A stretch of 63,713 bases of DNA, filler included, from Craspedostauros australis (lineage: Eukaryota): NCBI GenBank assembly GCA_030167865.1. It is 11 parts of 11 records of this genome, joined end to end, with 100 filler letters (N's around TTAATTAATTAA, not from the genome) between each part and the next. Parts side by side here need not be neighbours in the genome. Positions count along the whole stretch, not along the records: positions 22,720 to 28,762 come from JALAGF010005906.1; positions 28,863 to 34,612 come from JALAGF010005907.1; positions 34,713 to 36,243 come from JALAGF010005909.1; 8 more parts are not named here. One strand, written 5' to 3'. Every line of letters begins with the position of its first letter. Position 1 is the stretch's first letter. Shown here piece after piece: positions 25,100 to 36,343 of the stretch. Both the position numbers and the translations under genes were made by a program. A model generated the notes under the pieces. The model was given only the letters and a program-made list of their open reading frames with translations. It ran no database searches and was not told the DNA's origin.

Positions 25100-26542
25100 A
25101 TGATGCAGTCAATAACTCGCACGCCATCAGGCAGCAAAAGCTTGTTCGCGATCAGCATTCACGACAAGCGGCTTGTCGTCTTTGCCTTTGTTTTTGCGTT
25201 CACCACTGCCGTGACGAATTTTGGGCTCTCCGCGCTCATGCTGGGGCCTTCCCAAGTCGTCGATGATCAAGCGGGAGAGGCCTCGGACTCGTCGACCACC
25301 GCCGCTGGAAACCACTCCAATCCAACCCCAGCGCCGCGAAGCATCAAAGACTTTCCTGCCTTCATGCTGCAGTGGCCCACTGATCCTTTCGAGCCCGATG
25401 AATGCGACATCCTCAACACGTCAACCCCGCACGTCTTTGGCTTCACCGACTACCCAAAGTCGTATAGCTTGGACGATGTCTTCCTTGTGGACAACGGCAA
25501 CCTCACTGCGGCATGGAATCAAGTCGGTACCATCCCCGCCAATGGGAAAACTTCCCACAATCAAGTCGAGACGGTCGTCTGCAATACGATCGACGACGTG
25601 GTGAAGTGGCACTTCCCACATCTGATGCAAAGTCTCATGGCATGCTGGTCATTTTGGCGGCACTTCCCAGACGCCCATCATGTTTTGCGTGTTGAAGGGC
25701 GCAACCGAAGCAAATTCGTCACTAAATCTCGGTACAACAAGGGATTGTTCAGCTTATTGCAGACGACGAACATCACCATACGCCAGGGCGATGACGTACT
25801 CAAGGAAAAACCCCAGGATCCTCAAAACTCTCCCATCACTGTGCGTGCAAACGTAACTCTAACCAACGGCTATCGACTGGCCAGCGAAGGTGATGCGCAA
25901 GATCTACGACACAAGGTGTTGACCATGCTGGACATGAATCACCTCACGGGAAAATCGTGCGCGGGCGTATCCTCGTCCAATGAGAAAGGCATGTCGTCCA
26001 CGGGGTCTACAGCGAATGGCGATTCCGATGCGAGTCATGGCGCAAACCAACATCAAGCCGGCATACCACGCATCACAATCGTCAGCCGCAGGAGCAGCAG
26101 GCGCATGAGGGGCGCGCACAATATCTCCGCGCGCTTGCAGGAGGAACTCGACCTCCCATACGCACCGCCCGTTGTGTTCTTCGAGAAACTGCGATTCGAA
26201 CAACAGGTGGAGACGTTTGCCACCACCGACATTCTGTTGACGCCACACGGTGCACAGATGGTCTCCATTCCTTTCATGCCGCCCTGCAGCTCTGTGGTCG
26301 AGGTGTTCCCGCGCAACTACGACTGGAAGGAATTCTTTGGGACGTTGGCGGCGCTGTCGGGTGTGAATCATTCCTACGTCTACCTCGGAGAGGATCCGGC
26401 GGGGGAAACACAAAGCATCCTGGGCACCAAGCAGGAGCGACTTTCGCGTGACGTGATGCTGTGTCCGCCCATGGACCCGATCGTAAAAGCTGTGAAGATC
26501 CAGGTGGATCAATGGCAACGATGCTGCGGATTCACTAACTAG
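25100..26542 (+). CDS. Glycosyltransferase family 61 (DUF563)-like type II membrane protein
   Basis: N-terminal TM; WHFPHLMQ; RITIVSRRSSRR; FEQQVETFATTDILLTPHGAQMVSIPFMPPCSSVVEVFP. Confidence 0.8.
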   Translation: MMQSITRTPSGSKSLFAISIHDKRLVVFAFVFAFTTAVTNFGLSALMLGPSQVVDDQAGEASDSSTTAAGNHSNPTPAPRSIKDFPAFMLQWPTDPFEPDECDILNTSTPHVFGFTDYPKSYSLDDVFLVDNGNLTAAWNQVGTIPANGKTSHNQVETVVCNTIDDVVKWHFPHLMQSLMACWSFWRHFPDAHHVLRVEGRNRSKFVTKSRYNKGLFSLLQTTNITIRQGDDVLKEKPQDPQNSPITVRANVTLTNGYRLASEGDAQDLRHKVLTMLDMNHLTGKSCAGVSSSNEKGMSSTGSTANGDSDASHGANQHQAGIPRITIVSRRSSRRMRGAHNISARLQEELDLPYAPPVVFFEKLRFEQQVETFATTDILLTPHGAQMVSIPFMPPCSSVVEVFPRNYDWKEFFGTLAALSGVNHSYVYLGEDPAGETQSILGTKQERLSRDVMLCPPMDPIVKAVKIQVDQWQRCCGFTN

Positions 26543-27174
26543 ACTAGAATAGAGCACGAACTCGGTTATGCAATACTCCGCAGCGCGGTGGTTGTTGATT
26601 GCACTGCTCTACCTGCATTGGTGTGCCCATGACCCCATCCCTGAAACTCCCGATGGAGGAGTCGGAGAGGCCTCCCGCGCTTGATGGTGTCTTGGTCATA
26701 CTTGACCAGTACGATCCAAAGTTCGAACAACATTGAGGAATCCATGACCCAACAAACTCCTCACACCCACCAGCCACCATTTCCCTCGTGCGCTTCGCGT
26801 GGATGCTGCCATGACCACCGCAGGACACCGGAGACAACAAAAGACAACAGCGCAAGGTCCCCACTTGTGTGATCTATCCACGCCCAAACCCACACTCGCA
26901 CCATCCGACGACAGGTGGAGATGAACGATCGCAAGTAGCTGGGGTTGGTGCTCGAAGCAGGCAAGAACGGACTCGGGAGGATAGTCCCAGCATACTCGCA
27001 GTGCCTGAGGATTGCTCGGTGGAACACGCTGCGAACTTCGCTCCGTTCGATCCTCGTAGATACCGCAGATCGTATTTATACGAATAGTAGTGCAGCCTGC
27101 GTCCAACAGAGCGCCCAACAGAGCCCGTGCGGAACGAGACGGTTCTGCGAGGAAGACGACGCTATCATAGCTCG

Positions 27175-27232
27175 CATTACATGGCATTACATGGTATTCT
27201 ATTACATTACATGGCATTATATGTCATTCTAC
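27175..27232 (+). repeat. Short degenerate CATTACATGG tandem repeat upstream of the SUZ12-like gene
   Basis: cattacatgg cattacatgg tattctatta cattacatgg cattatatgt cattctac. Confidence 0.75.
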
Positions 27233-27335
27233 GCGCCAAGAGCACTTCCACCCACTACACTTTCTGGAGAATCAGTCCTCGCGCTACTGTGCGTCTACTC
27301 CAAGCGTTCATTGAATAGAACACGCTGAATCGGAG

Positions 27336-28762
27336 ATGGAGCGCAAGCTCAAACGCAGGAACCCGTCAAGGAACAGCGCTTCGACTGCCGTTGCGACCTC
27401 CTTTGCGACGATATCGTCCGCAATCACCTTCGCATCGGACAGCAGCATCGACGGCGAGATCTGGGATGTGCCCAAGAAGCCTCCGGCTAAGAAGCACAAG
27501 CCTGCACCAGCTGCTGCTGCTCCACCATCGGCATCTCCGTCCGCTTCTGCATCATTTCACTGGGAGATTCATGACAGCAAACCAGCTGCCAAACGATCGG
27601 CGACGGTGCGACAGCAAGGACGCAAAGGAAAGGCCGCTGCAACGAAGAAGAAGGTCCCCAAGCGCCTCTATCCGTCCAATCGCAACGTGATACGCAAGGA
27701 GGCGCAGCAGTTTCGTCATTTGCTGGGGCGCAGACCCTTTCTCACCAGGACCCTGACGCCGCTGTGGGATCGCAAGGTGGTCGTGACCAAAGACGGGGAT
27801 CCAGCGCAATCGCAGCCCATCCCAACCCCGACGATCGCCATCTCCGTGGTCAACGTGTACGAGAGCGACGGTGATGGGACTGACAGAGGCAACGGCACCT
27901 CACAGGGACCGCAGCATTCCACCAAGGGCATCAGCAATGCCAGCCCCTCCCGCGATCCCAGCGGATCGCCGAACGGCAACCACAAAACGACGTTCTGGAA
28001 CACGTCCGCGTACGTCACGAAGCAACCGCGCTGTCCGCTGTGCAGCATGAACTGCAAGAATGTGCCGAGCCTGATACGGCACGTCAAGTCGCACAGCCAG
28101 CATCCGTACTTCGTTTGCGATGTGCTGCAGATGCAGCACGGCACGGGAAGGCTGTACGGCAACGTCTACCATCTCTCCATACGCCCCATCGACATCAGCC
28201 TCTCCGAAGTCATCTATGCCAACTACACCTTCGTGCGTCACGACCACGTCGCGAATCGCAACCGCGCGCAGAAACGCAAGTCACGGCAGTGGCGAGGTGG
28301 CAAGCGACGCAAGACGAAGCCACCCATCAAGATCGCCGCGCCACCCAAGCAGCGCCAGGTCGCACCCGTGCGGCTCGTGCCGCTCACGCTCGATCGCAAG
28401 GAATGCTTGGCACCGCCGCCGAGCATGGTGCCCAAGCATTCGCCACAACCCATCCGCAAGTACTACCACCGCCGATCCAACCAGGTCAAGCAGTACGTCA
28501 CGTTCGAGGACGACAGCACCGATGACGACTCCGATCAGGAGCCCATGGACGCTTTGTGCAACGGCATGTTGTCCGAATTCGAAGACATCCCCGACGTCGA
28601 GCGCCGATTCTTCCGACTGTGGGGCACGTTCATGCGACGGCAGCAGCGTCCCTTCCCCATGCGCGAGATGTTGCTCGACAAGACCGTCCAGTTCGTGCAC
28701 GAGAATCACAAGCAGCTCGTCGGGTTGCGGTGGCTGTTCCTGAAGCATCTGCAGAATATGTG
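27336..28762 (+). CDS. SUZ12: Polycomb PRC2 subunit SUZ12/VEFS-box-like protein, 3' truncated at scaffold end
   Basis: C2H2 finger CPLCSMNCKNVPSLIRHVKSH followed by VEFS-box-like RKYYHRRSNQ..DDSTDDDSD..MLSEFEDIPDVERRFFRLWGTFM. Confidence 0.8.
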
Positions 28763-30595
28763 NNNNNNNNNNNNNNNNNNNNNNNNNNNNNNNNNNNNNN
28801 NNNNNNTTAATTAATTAANNNNNNNNNNNNNNNNNNNNNNNNNNNNNNNNNNNNNNNNNNNNCATTTTCGTGTGTTCCATTTCCGCTGTAATTCTGACGA
28901 ATCACAGCATACTATCGACACGAGTGTAGTTATACCGTCCAAGTGCACATGAGAGAATAACGGGTGAACGATGCACATATACACGTACATCTTGACATAT
29001 ACTCACATGTACATCTCGACACGAGCATACCATAAATAGTGGAGTCAGAATGTGCAACTTTTGATTGTTGTAACTAGATGAATCCTTCTGATGGAATGCA
29101 ACAAGCCAACTGGCAAGAGAGTTGGAACAACATCCGCAGCCCCCCTTCGAAGAGAGGGGAACATGCTGGCTCTGCGGCTGTCGAATGTGTGGAATCGCAT
29201 GGAGAGGCGAAGGATCCGTGGACCAGAATAAAAAAAGCCAAAAAAACAACAAGATGCTGTGCGCAACACGATAATGAGCAAAAAAGCCACAAGTTTTTTG
29301 GAAAATACGCAAGAATGTTTCGCCATTTGGTGGCCTGCATTCCTTTTCGACTTTCGTTTTCCTTCGTCGCAATAAAAAACGCCGTTTTCCCTTCCCCTCC
29401 CAAGCGCAACAAAGCTCGGGAAAATTAACCCAAACTCCCCTCAATTCGCCCTTCAATGGGATGGCTTGCTCGTGGAAGTGATAAAGTCTAAGTCATTTGA
29501 TTGGCTGGGGTCGCCGGCCATGCCAATAATAGCCACTCGAACCCCTCCATTGTTGGACTCGGCCCATTCCATTCCTCAACGGAACAACGGTCGTGCCAAC
29601 CGCGGCGGGGGAACCACGAATTCGTTGAGTCCGCGAATGATACTTATGCGTTTACGGGAGCATGCACGGTGGCTGGGACAAACAAGGGCGTAGGTCACAT
29701 TCACCTCGACAATAATCCTTGGTTTGTGGCCAATGAAATTGTGCCGTTGGATCCGGTGTCAATGCGGTAAGAGTGGAGCGATCACGCTCGCGCACAACAC
29801 TCAGCCGAGAGTGATCGGAGACGCTTCCTTCACTACGACTATCAATCCTCATGGCAGCGACATGGTTGTGTGGACGAATACTCCCTGACTCCACATGAAC
29901 ATCTGCGTGAAGTTGGGCACTGCAGTATGCTATGTGCACTCTGCATGATGAAAGGCTTTGAAGTGAACTCATGTCACCAATCCTGTATTGGCATGCATTG
30001 CATTGACCGCCAGGGTGTACCAGCCAAAGTGACTCTTGAGGCCGACTCTTTTGTGTNNNNNNNNNNNNNNNNNNCTGATCTGGAAATGCGAGTCTTTCTT
30101 GTTGAGCAAAGCAATGGCGAGGAAAGTGCTGCACGATCTGGTCTCATAAAACGGATTCGACGCCATTCGAAGCAACACCAACAGTAACACCAACGCTCAA
30201 AACAACAACAGCGACGGAGACAAATCCACAAGACTCCACCAGAGCACATACAATTGGATCATCNNNNNNNNNNNNNNNNNNNNNNNNNNNNNNNNNNNNN
30301 NNNNNNNNNNNNNTTGACCGCCAGGGTGTACCAGCCAAAGTGACTCTTGAGGCCGACTCTTTTGTGTCGCTGTTGCCAAAAGCAGCTGATCTGGAAATGC
30401 GAGTCTTTCTTGTTGAGCAAAGCAATGGCGAGGAAAGTGCTGCACGATCTGGTCTCATAAAACGGATTCGACGCCATTCGAAGCAACACCAACAGTAACA
30501 CCAACGCTCAAAACAACAACAGCGACGGAGACAAATCCACAAGACTCCACCAGAGCACATACAATTGGATCATCGCCATCATCATCATCATCATC

Positions 30596-32181
30596 ATGGT
30601 TTCATTTGGAAAAGCAGCGCTTGCGTTGTCCTTCATGAGCGCATTCATGGGCTTCACTTTGGGCGAAGGTACGCACAGCGCTTCAGGATGCCCTATTCGA
30701 TGTCTGGCGGAAGGACCACGAGCACACTATTGGGAGCAGCTGCCCACCCAGAGAGAGAGAGAGAGACAGAGGAGTATGCCACTGTTATCCTCGTCATTCT
30801 CTCTGGCCACACGCCTTTCCGTCTCATGAATCCTGCACTCTATGAACATCTATTGCATCGCTTGAAATACGATAAGGCGAACATTCCTTGTCTGCATTCC
30901 ACACCGTGTCTTCTGACGATGGTCACACTCACTCCTGTCAACCGGCTCTGCTGCTGCGATGCACCAACCCGTTCACTTTCGCATGTACGTGCGCGTTCGC
31001 CGACACGGACGCTTCTACTTCCATTTGCCTTTCAATCATTCTATCTCCACGCACGAACCATATAAGATATGGAAGTCGCGCTGGGAAAGACTCGTCGTCT
31101 CAAGGGATCCGGCGCTGGAGCTCCATCCAAGGGCTCCAAGGCAGGCGGGATTGAGATCGACACTGAATCCTGGAGGTTTAGCTCCACCGCGTTCTATTAC
31201 GAGCAACTCGCTCAAATTCCAAACGATCAAGTCAAGCAGCAGCTCGCTCAATTCACGGTCATCCCGGTTGGTGGCCCCGGTGAAGGGGCAGCGTTTCTGC
31301 TCACAGCCCTCGGTGGATCAAATGCTTGCATCCCAGGTAATCCAGGCGTTGGGAGCGACGGACAGTTCACCGAGGCGGTGTGCGACATGCTTGAGAAGGT
31401 TCTGGCATTCTGGTCGTCGGATCCTGCTATCGATCAGGCTCAGTTGAGGAAGATCGAAATCAGAGGAGTGTCGGGAAAAATCTACGAGAACACACCACTG
31501 CTGAATCAGGTGTTTGGTGTTTCGCCTTCCATTACCCCAGAAGTGATCACTGGGCTCCAAAATGCCGTCAGAACCTTCCTTCCAGGCAACTTCTCCAACC
31601 CTCTGCTGTCGATGACCACTGTGCAAACCGGAGACCTGACAACAACAGGAACCATCGGCTTCCCGTACCAATCCTTCGATGGGGTCCAATCTTTCGTGCT
31701 TCTTCCCGCTCCTTCCATCCTGCTTGGAGAAGGGATCCTCGATCTCGGCGAGAGAGTTGGCGAGGCAAGCAGGCTTCGCATAGACAAGCAGATTGTGACC
31801 CTCTTCAGTCAGTATCTGGTCTCATTGGTTGAGCCCGTCGATGTTGCAACCATGCCCGAGCTCAACGGAGCATCTGCACTCACATTGGACCTTCTTGGAA
31901 AGAGACTTGGCGTCATCATGGATGTGTTGACAGGGTACTTCTTTGCTCGCAATATGGGCGACATGAATTCCAACAGCTTCTGTGAGTTGTTGGAGAACAC
32001 GCTCAGGTTCGAGTCGGCCGACGACGTCTGTGCACTAATTGTGGGGGCCCGGTTGGCTGCAATCGACGGCGACAACGTCGACGCAACAAAGGCCGTCGAA
32101 TTCGCCAGTGCCAACTACTTCAAGATCTTGGCTGCCGATCCGGGCATCTGCCCAACCCCACCAGGCTGCTTTGCTGGTTGA
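30596..32181 (+). CDS. Secreted protein resembling neutral zinc metallopeptidase family but lacking HExxH; exons 30596-30668 and 31067-32181
   Basis: Signal peptide MVSFGKAALALSFMSAFMGFTLG; phase-compatible intron GTACGC(30669)..AAG(31066); RRL followed by KGSG..SKGSK; 370-aa ORF 31069..32181. Confidence 0.65.
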
Positions 32182-32459
32182 TCGCTGCCGACTCTCTACG
32201 AGCTGCAAATACGTACGGCTGCCAACACCGATGCCCCCGACTGATACGCTGCAGGAGAATAACAACAAATAATGCATCAACACTTAATCATCCGTGTACT
32301 ACGTACTCGCACGATCTATTACGTAATAATAATAGTAGTAATACCACACCGAGGTAGTGCCACACAGTAGGCCGCCCATCTCACAGTACCAGTGGGCAAG
32401 TGTTGCAAAGCGCAATCCTCTGCTCTCTCTCTCTCAGGCATCCTCTATACTCATGACCA

Positions 32460-32845
32460 TAGTGTCTCCTGGCTTGGGCGAAGGCCAAATTTTTTGGGAA
32501 CCATTTGTAACAATTGGTATCTAGTCGCATGAGTCATGTTCTCTGTAGACGCTGGTACATTTTGTACGTCAGTCCCACGCGAAGCGGCCAAAAAACACCT
32601 TTTCTGCCACAAACCTCCTCAGCAAGTCCATGCCGCTCCATTCGTTTGAGCCCTCCTTCCGTGATCACTCTCACGTATGGCTTTTCATCGTCCTCTCCAA
32701 CTTTGATGGCGATTGGTTGTTTAGTTGTCGAGATCTGCTCGTTTCTCTGGTGCCGGCACTCGTTCTTGCCATTCACGAATGCCATTCACGAATGCCAATC
32801 ACCGCGATGTGTCGTGGCGAACTATTGTGTGCCCCAGCGCGTGTT
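32460..32845 (+). repeat. Dispersed repeat copy 1 (possible DNA-transposon end, starts TAGTGTCTC)
   Basis: Aligns end to end with 60352-60725, including the identical block GTAGACGCTGGTACATTTTGTACGTCAGTCCCACGC. Confidence 0.85.
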
Positions 32846-33785
32846 GGAAATCCGGGGTACCCCAGTCTCTAGTAGTAGTCTCTGGTTATCTATTCCTGTT
32901 ATTGCATTGTTGGAACTGTGAGTACAACATCATCACTTTCAATTCCATTTGCCAAAGCATACATAATCCACAGTAGCACACAGTCTTGCCCTTGCTCATG
33001 CAGTGCTGTCCTTCTGCTTCATCATGTCATGCAGCATGTACTCCATGTACATCTCATCTTGCAGTATTGGTTCATCTCATCATGCATCTCATCATGCNNN
33101 NNNNNNNNNNNNNNNNNNNNNNNNNNNNNNNNNNNNNNNNNNNNNNNNNNNNNNNNNNNNNNNNCGAGTCGTAGGCATCACACAGATCGGTTCATTCGAT
33201 CAGATCAGGGTTTCCCATTCGTCACGGGAACACCTTGGTTGAGAGCTCACTCAGCTCCTCGATCATCAAACATCTCCGATCATCTCTGATCAACTCCGAT
33301 CGTTTCTCCTGTCGTTTCTCCCATTACTTCGCCGATCACTTCACCGGCTTCCTGGAAGTTCGTCATCACTGGTTCGTTCACAGGCCGTCTCACACTTNNN
33401 NNNNNNNNNNNNNNNNNNNNNNNNNNNNNNNNNNNNNNNNNNNNNNNNNNNNNNNNNNNNNNNNNNNNNNNNNNNNNNNNNNNNNNNNNNNNNNNNNNNN
33501 NNNNNNNNNNNNNNNNNNNNNNNNNNNNNNNNNNNNNNNNNNNNNNNNNNNNNNNNNNNNNNNNNNNNNNNNNNNNNNNNNNNNNNNNNNNNNNNACGTG
33601 CAGCTCACATTTTTCTGTGTCACAATGATCAAACGTGGGAGTTGCGGTAATGTAGCATTTCATGACATTCGACTCCTGACTCTTGGGTTATTGGGAGGTG
33701 CGGTAGTGTAGTATTCCACGATGCTCAACTCCACATTATTGGGAGGTGCGGCAATTCGGTGTTTCACAACACCCGATTCCTGACA
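32842..33785 (-). mobile_element. Copia 3' LTR (gapped)
   Basis: Minus strand: PPT TGGAAGGG then TGTCAGGAATCG...CCCCGGATTTCCAACA, the same termini as 49397-50077. Confidence 0.85.
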
Positions 33786-33889
33786 CCCTTCCAATTGCCG
33801 TTCCGACCATATCATCCACCTTNNNNNNNNNNNNNNNNNNNNNNNNNNNNNNNNNNNNNNNNNNNNNNNNNNCATATCATCCACCTTGT

Positions 33890-34612
33890 TCAGTCCAATG
33901 CTGACCTGGGCTGAATGATGCTCCCCTTGTGCCGATCGTAGATCTCCTTTCTTGTAGTCTTCGTGAACCCGTCAGAGATGTTGTCCTCTGACTTCACGAA
34001 TCAAGCTCTCGCCTCCTTGTTCGCAATCAGTTCTCTGATGAAGTGATTGCACACGTCGATGTTTCTCGTCCTGGCTGATGTCGATGGGTTGGTAGCGATG
34101 AAGATCGCTCTCATGTTGTCAACCATCACATCCACAGGTCTCTCCATCCTCAATCCATATACTCGTGTCCGACACGAGCTTCGTCACTCTCAGCATCTCC
34201 TCGTATGCTGTGGTCGTTGGCCCATCCAACACCTTCGTCAGTTCTCGGATGGCATTCGCGATGTCTGGTCTCGAATGCTTCACCAGGTATAGCAGCACAC
34301 CCACACCACTGTGGTATCTGCTGTGTCGATCCATATCGACCTTGGGTGCTTCGTTGTTCCTCTGGATCCCTTGGCCACTTATGCCAGGTGTTCCATATCT
34401 TTGAAGCTTTGTTGTTCTTCTTGAATGATGAGTGGCTGGTTCATCCAGCAGTTGGTCTTGCTCTCGTTGGATCCGATGTGGCAATTCAAGTAGTCTTCGA
34501 GACCATTCTCGATCCTGATTCCAAATCGCTCTCCCTTGATGTTCTTCACCGATTGCTTCAGCTCGCGTGTGCTTCCGATGCACAGGCGATCGTCGGCGTA
34601 CGTCCTGATGAG
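33890..34612 (-). pseudogene. Decayed Copia RT/RNase H fragment with internal deletions
   Basis: RYHSGVGVLLYLVKHSRPDIANAIRELTKVLDGPT, homologous to 48620-48790. Confidence 0.85.
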
Positions 34613-34712
34613 NNNNNNNNNNNNNNNNNNNNNNNNNNNNNNNNNNNNNNNNNNNNTTAATTAATTAANNNNNNNNNNNNNNNNNNNNNNNNNNNNNNNN
34701 NNNNNNNNNNNN

Positions 34713-36243
34713 AATGCACTCGGCCACGTTCGCTCTCACCACCAAAAAGGAGAAGAAGAAGGCATCAACCACATCGACCAATCAACGCAAAGCACGAACC
34801 AACAAACACAAGCGCAAGAAGAACACCGCTGTCACAAATGACACTTCTCCCACCACTGCAAGCGAACAACCACGTAAAGTATGCAACCGTTGTGGAGCAG
34901 CAATGCGATTTGTGAATGATCGTTTTGTNNNNNNNNNNNNNNNNNNNNNNNNNNNNNNNNNNNNNNNNNNNNNNNNNNNNNNNNNNNNNNNNNNNNNNNN
35001 NNNNCCGGGATTCGCCAACGAAATTGTTAACTACATGGCTCACAAAGTGCGTGCCAAAGTGCAATTCGGACAAATCGCCTTTTATCAATCCCAGCTCAAT
35101 GAAAAGCCTGAAAGAGCCTATGTGGTACTCGACCATAAGCAAAAAATTCTACCGACAGGCCAAGGCGAAGCCCAACAAGAATATTGGGGGAAGAAGGGGA
35201 TGTCACTGCTTGGGGCAATGGTCATCACNNNNNNNNNNNNNNNNNNNNNNNNNNNNNNNNNNNNNNNNNNNNNNNNNNTTCTCCCACCACTGCAAGCGAA
35301 CAACCACGTAAAGTATGCAACCGTTGTGGAGCAGCAATGCGATTTGTGAATGATCGTTTTGTCCCTTTTGTCAAAATGCTTAAGGACAACGAACTCGCAG
35401 AACACAATGACAAATTGCAATCAATGCTTGCAGCGGCCCCGGGATTCGCCAACGAAATTGTTAACTACATGGCTCACAAAGTGCGTGCCAAAGTGCAATT
35501 NNNNNNNNNNNNNNNNNNNNNNNNNNNNNNNNNNNNNNNNNNNNNNNNNNNNNNNNNNNNNNNNNNNNNNNNNNNNNNNNNNNNNNNNNNNNNNNNNNNN
35601 NNNNNNNNNNNNNNNNNNNNNNNNNNNNNNNNNNNNNNNNNNNNNNNNNNNNNNNNNNNNNNNNNNNNNNNNNNNNNNNNNACTTATCGGTTCATCGACA
35701 TTGTGGTCGATGGAAGACCGACGCAAGACACACTTCAAGTTGGTGGACTGCTGGAGATCGTGCAAAAAAAGGTCAAAGACATTCATCCATCCATGACTGA
35801 AATCATCCTACAGAGCGATAACACGTGTTGCTTCGCCAGTCACGAGCACATCGCGCTCATCACATCCAAACTCAACAAGAACCTTGTGACACGAAACGCG
35901 GCCAAAATCATCGCGTGGATCTACACAGAGGCCCAAACCGGTAAGAGCATGNNNNNNNNNNNNNNNNNNNNNNNNNNNNNNNNNNNNNNNNNNNNNNNNN
36001 NNNNNNNNNNNNNNNNNNNNNNNNNNNNNNNNNNNNNNNNNNNNNNNNNNNNNNNNNNNNNNNNNNNNACGACAACGGTACTTGTCAACGCGGCGCTCCT
36101 GGCAGGCAACATCACCACGCTGCCTGGTGCACCAAAACGACGATTCCGCGCAAGTGGGAAACAGGTACGTATGACTCACGAGGTGAAGTACGACGATGAC
36201 CAGGCGCGGTTGGTGGCTGCATCTGGAATCACGGAAGATGTTG
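34713..36243 (+). mobile_element. RNase H-fold DNA transposase fragment, Sola-like (heavily gapped)
   Basis: VVLDHKQKILP..EAQQEYWGKKGMSLLG, QDT, IILQSDNTCCF, YTEAQTGKS; upstream CNRC. Superfamily assignment is from memory. Confidence 0.55.
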
Positions 36244-36343
36244 NNNNNNNNNNNNNNNNNNNNNNNNNNNNNNNNNNNNNNNNNNNNTTAATTAATTAAN
36301 NNNNNNNNNNNNNNNNNNNNNNNNNNNNNNNNNNNNNNNNNNN

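Noticed and set aside
29460..30560. Short Cys/His-containing ORFs upstream of the secreted protein
   Set aside because: Gapped, duplicated and without a recognisable motif.
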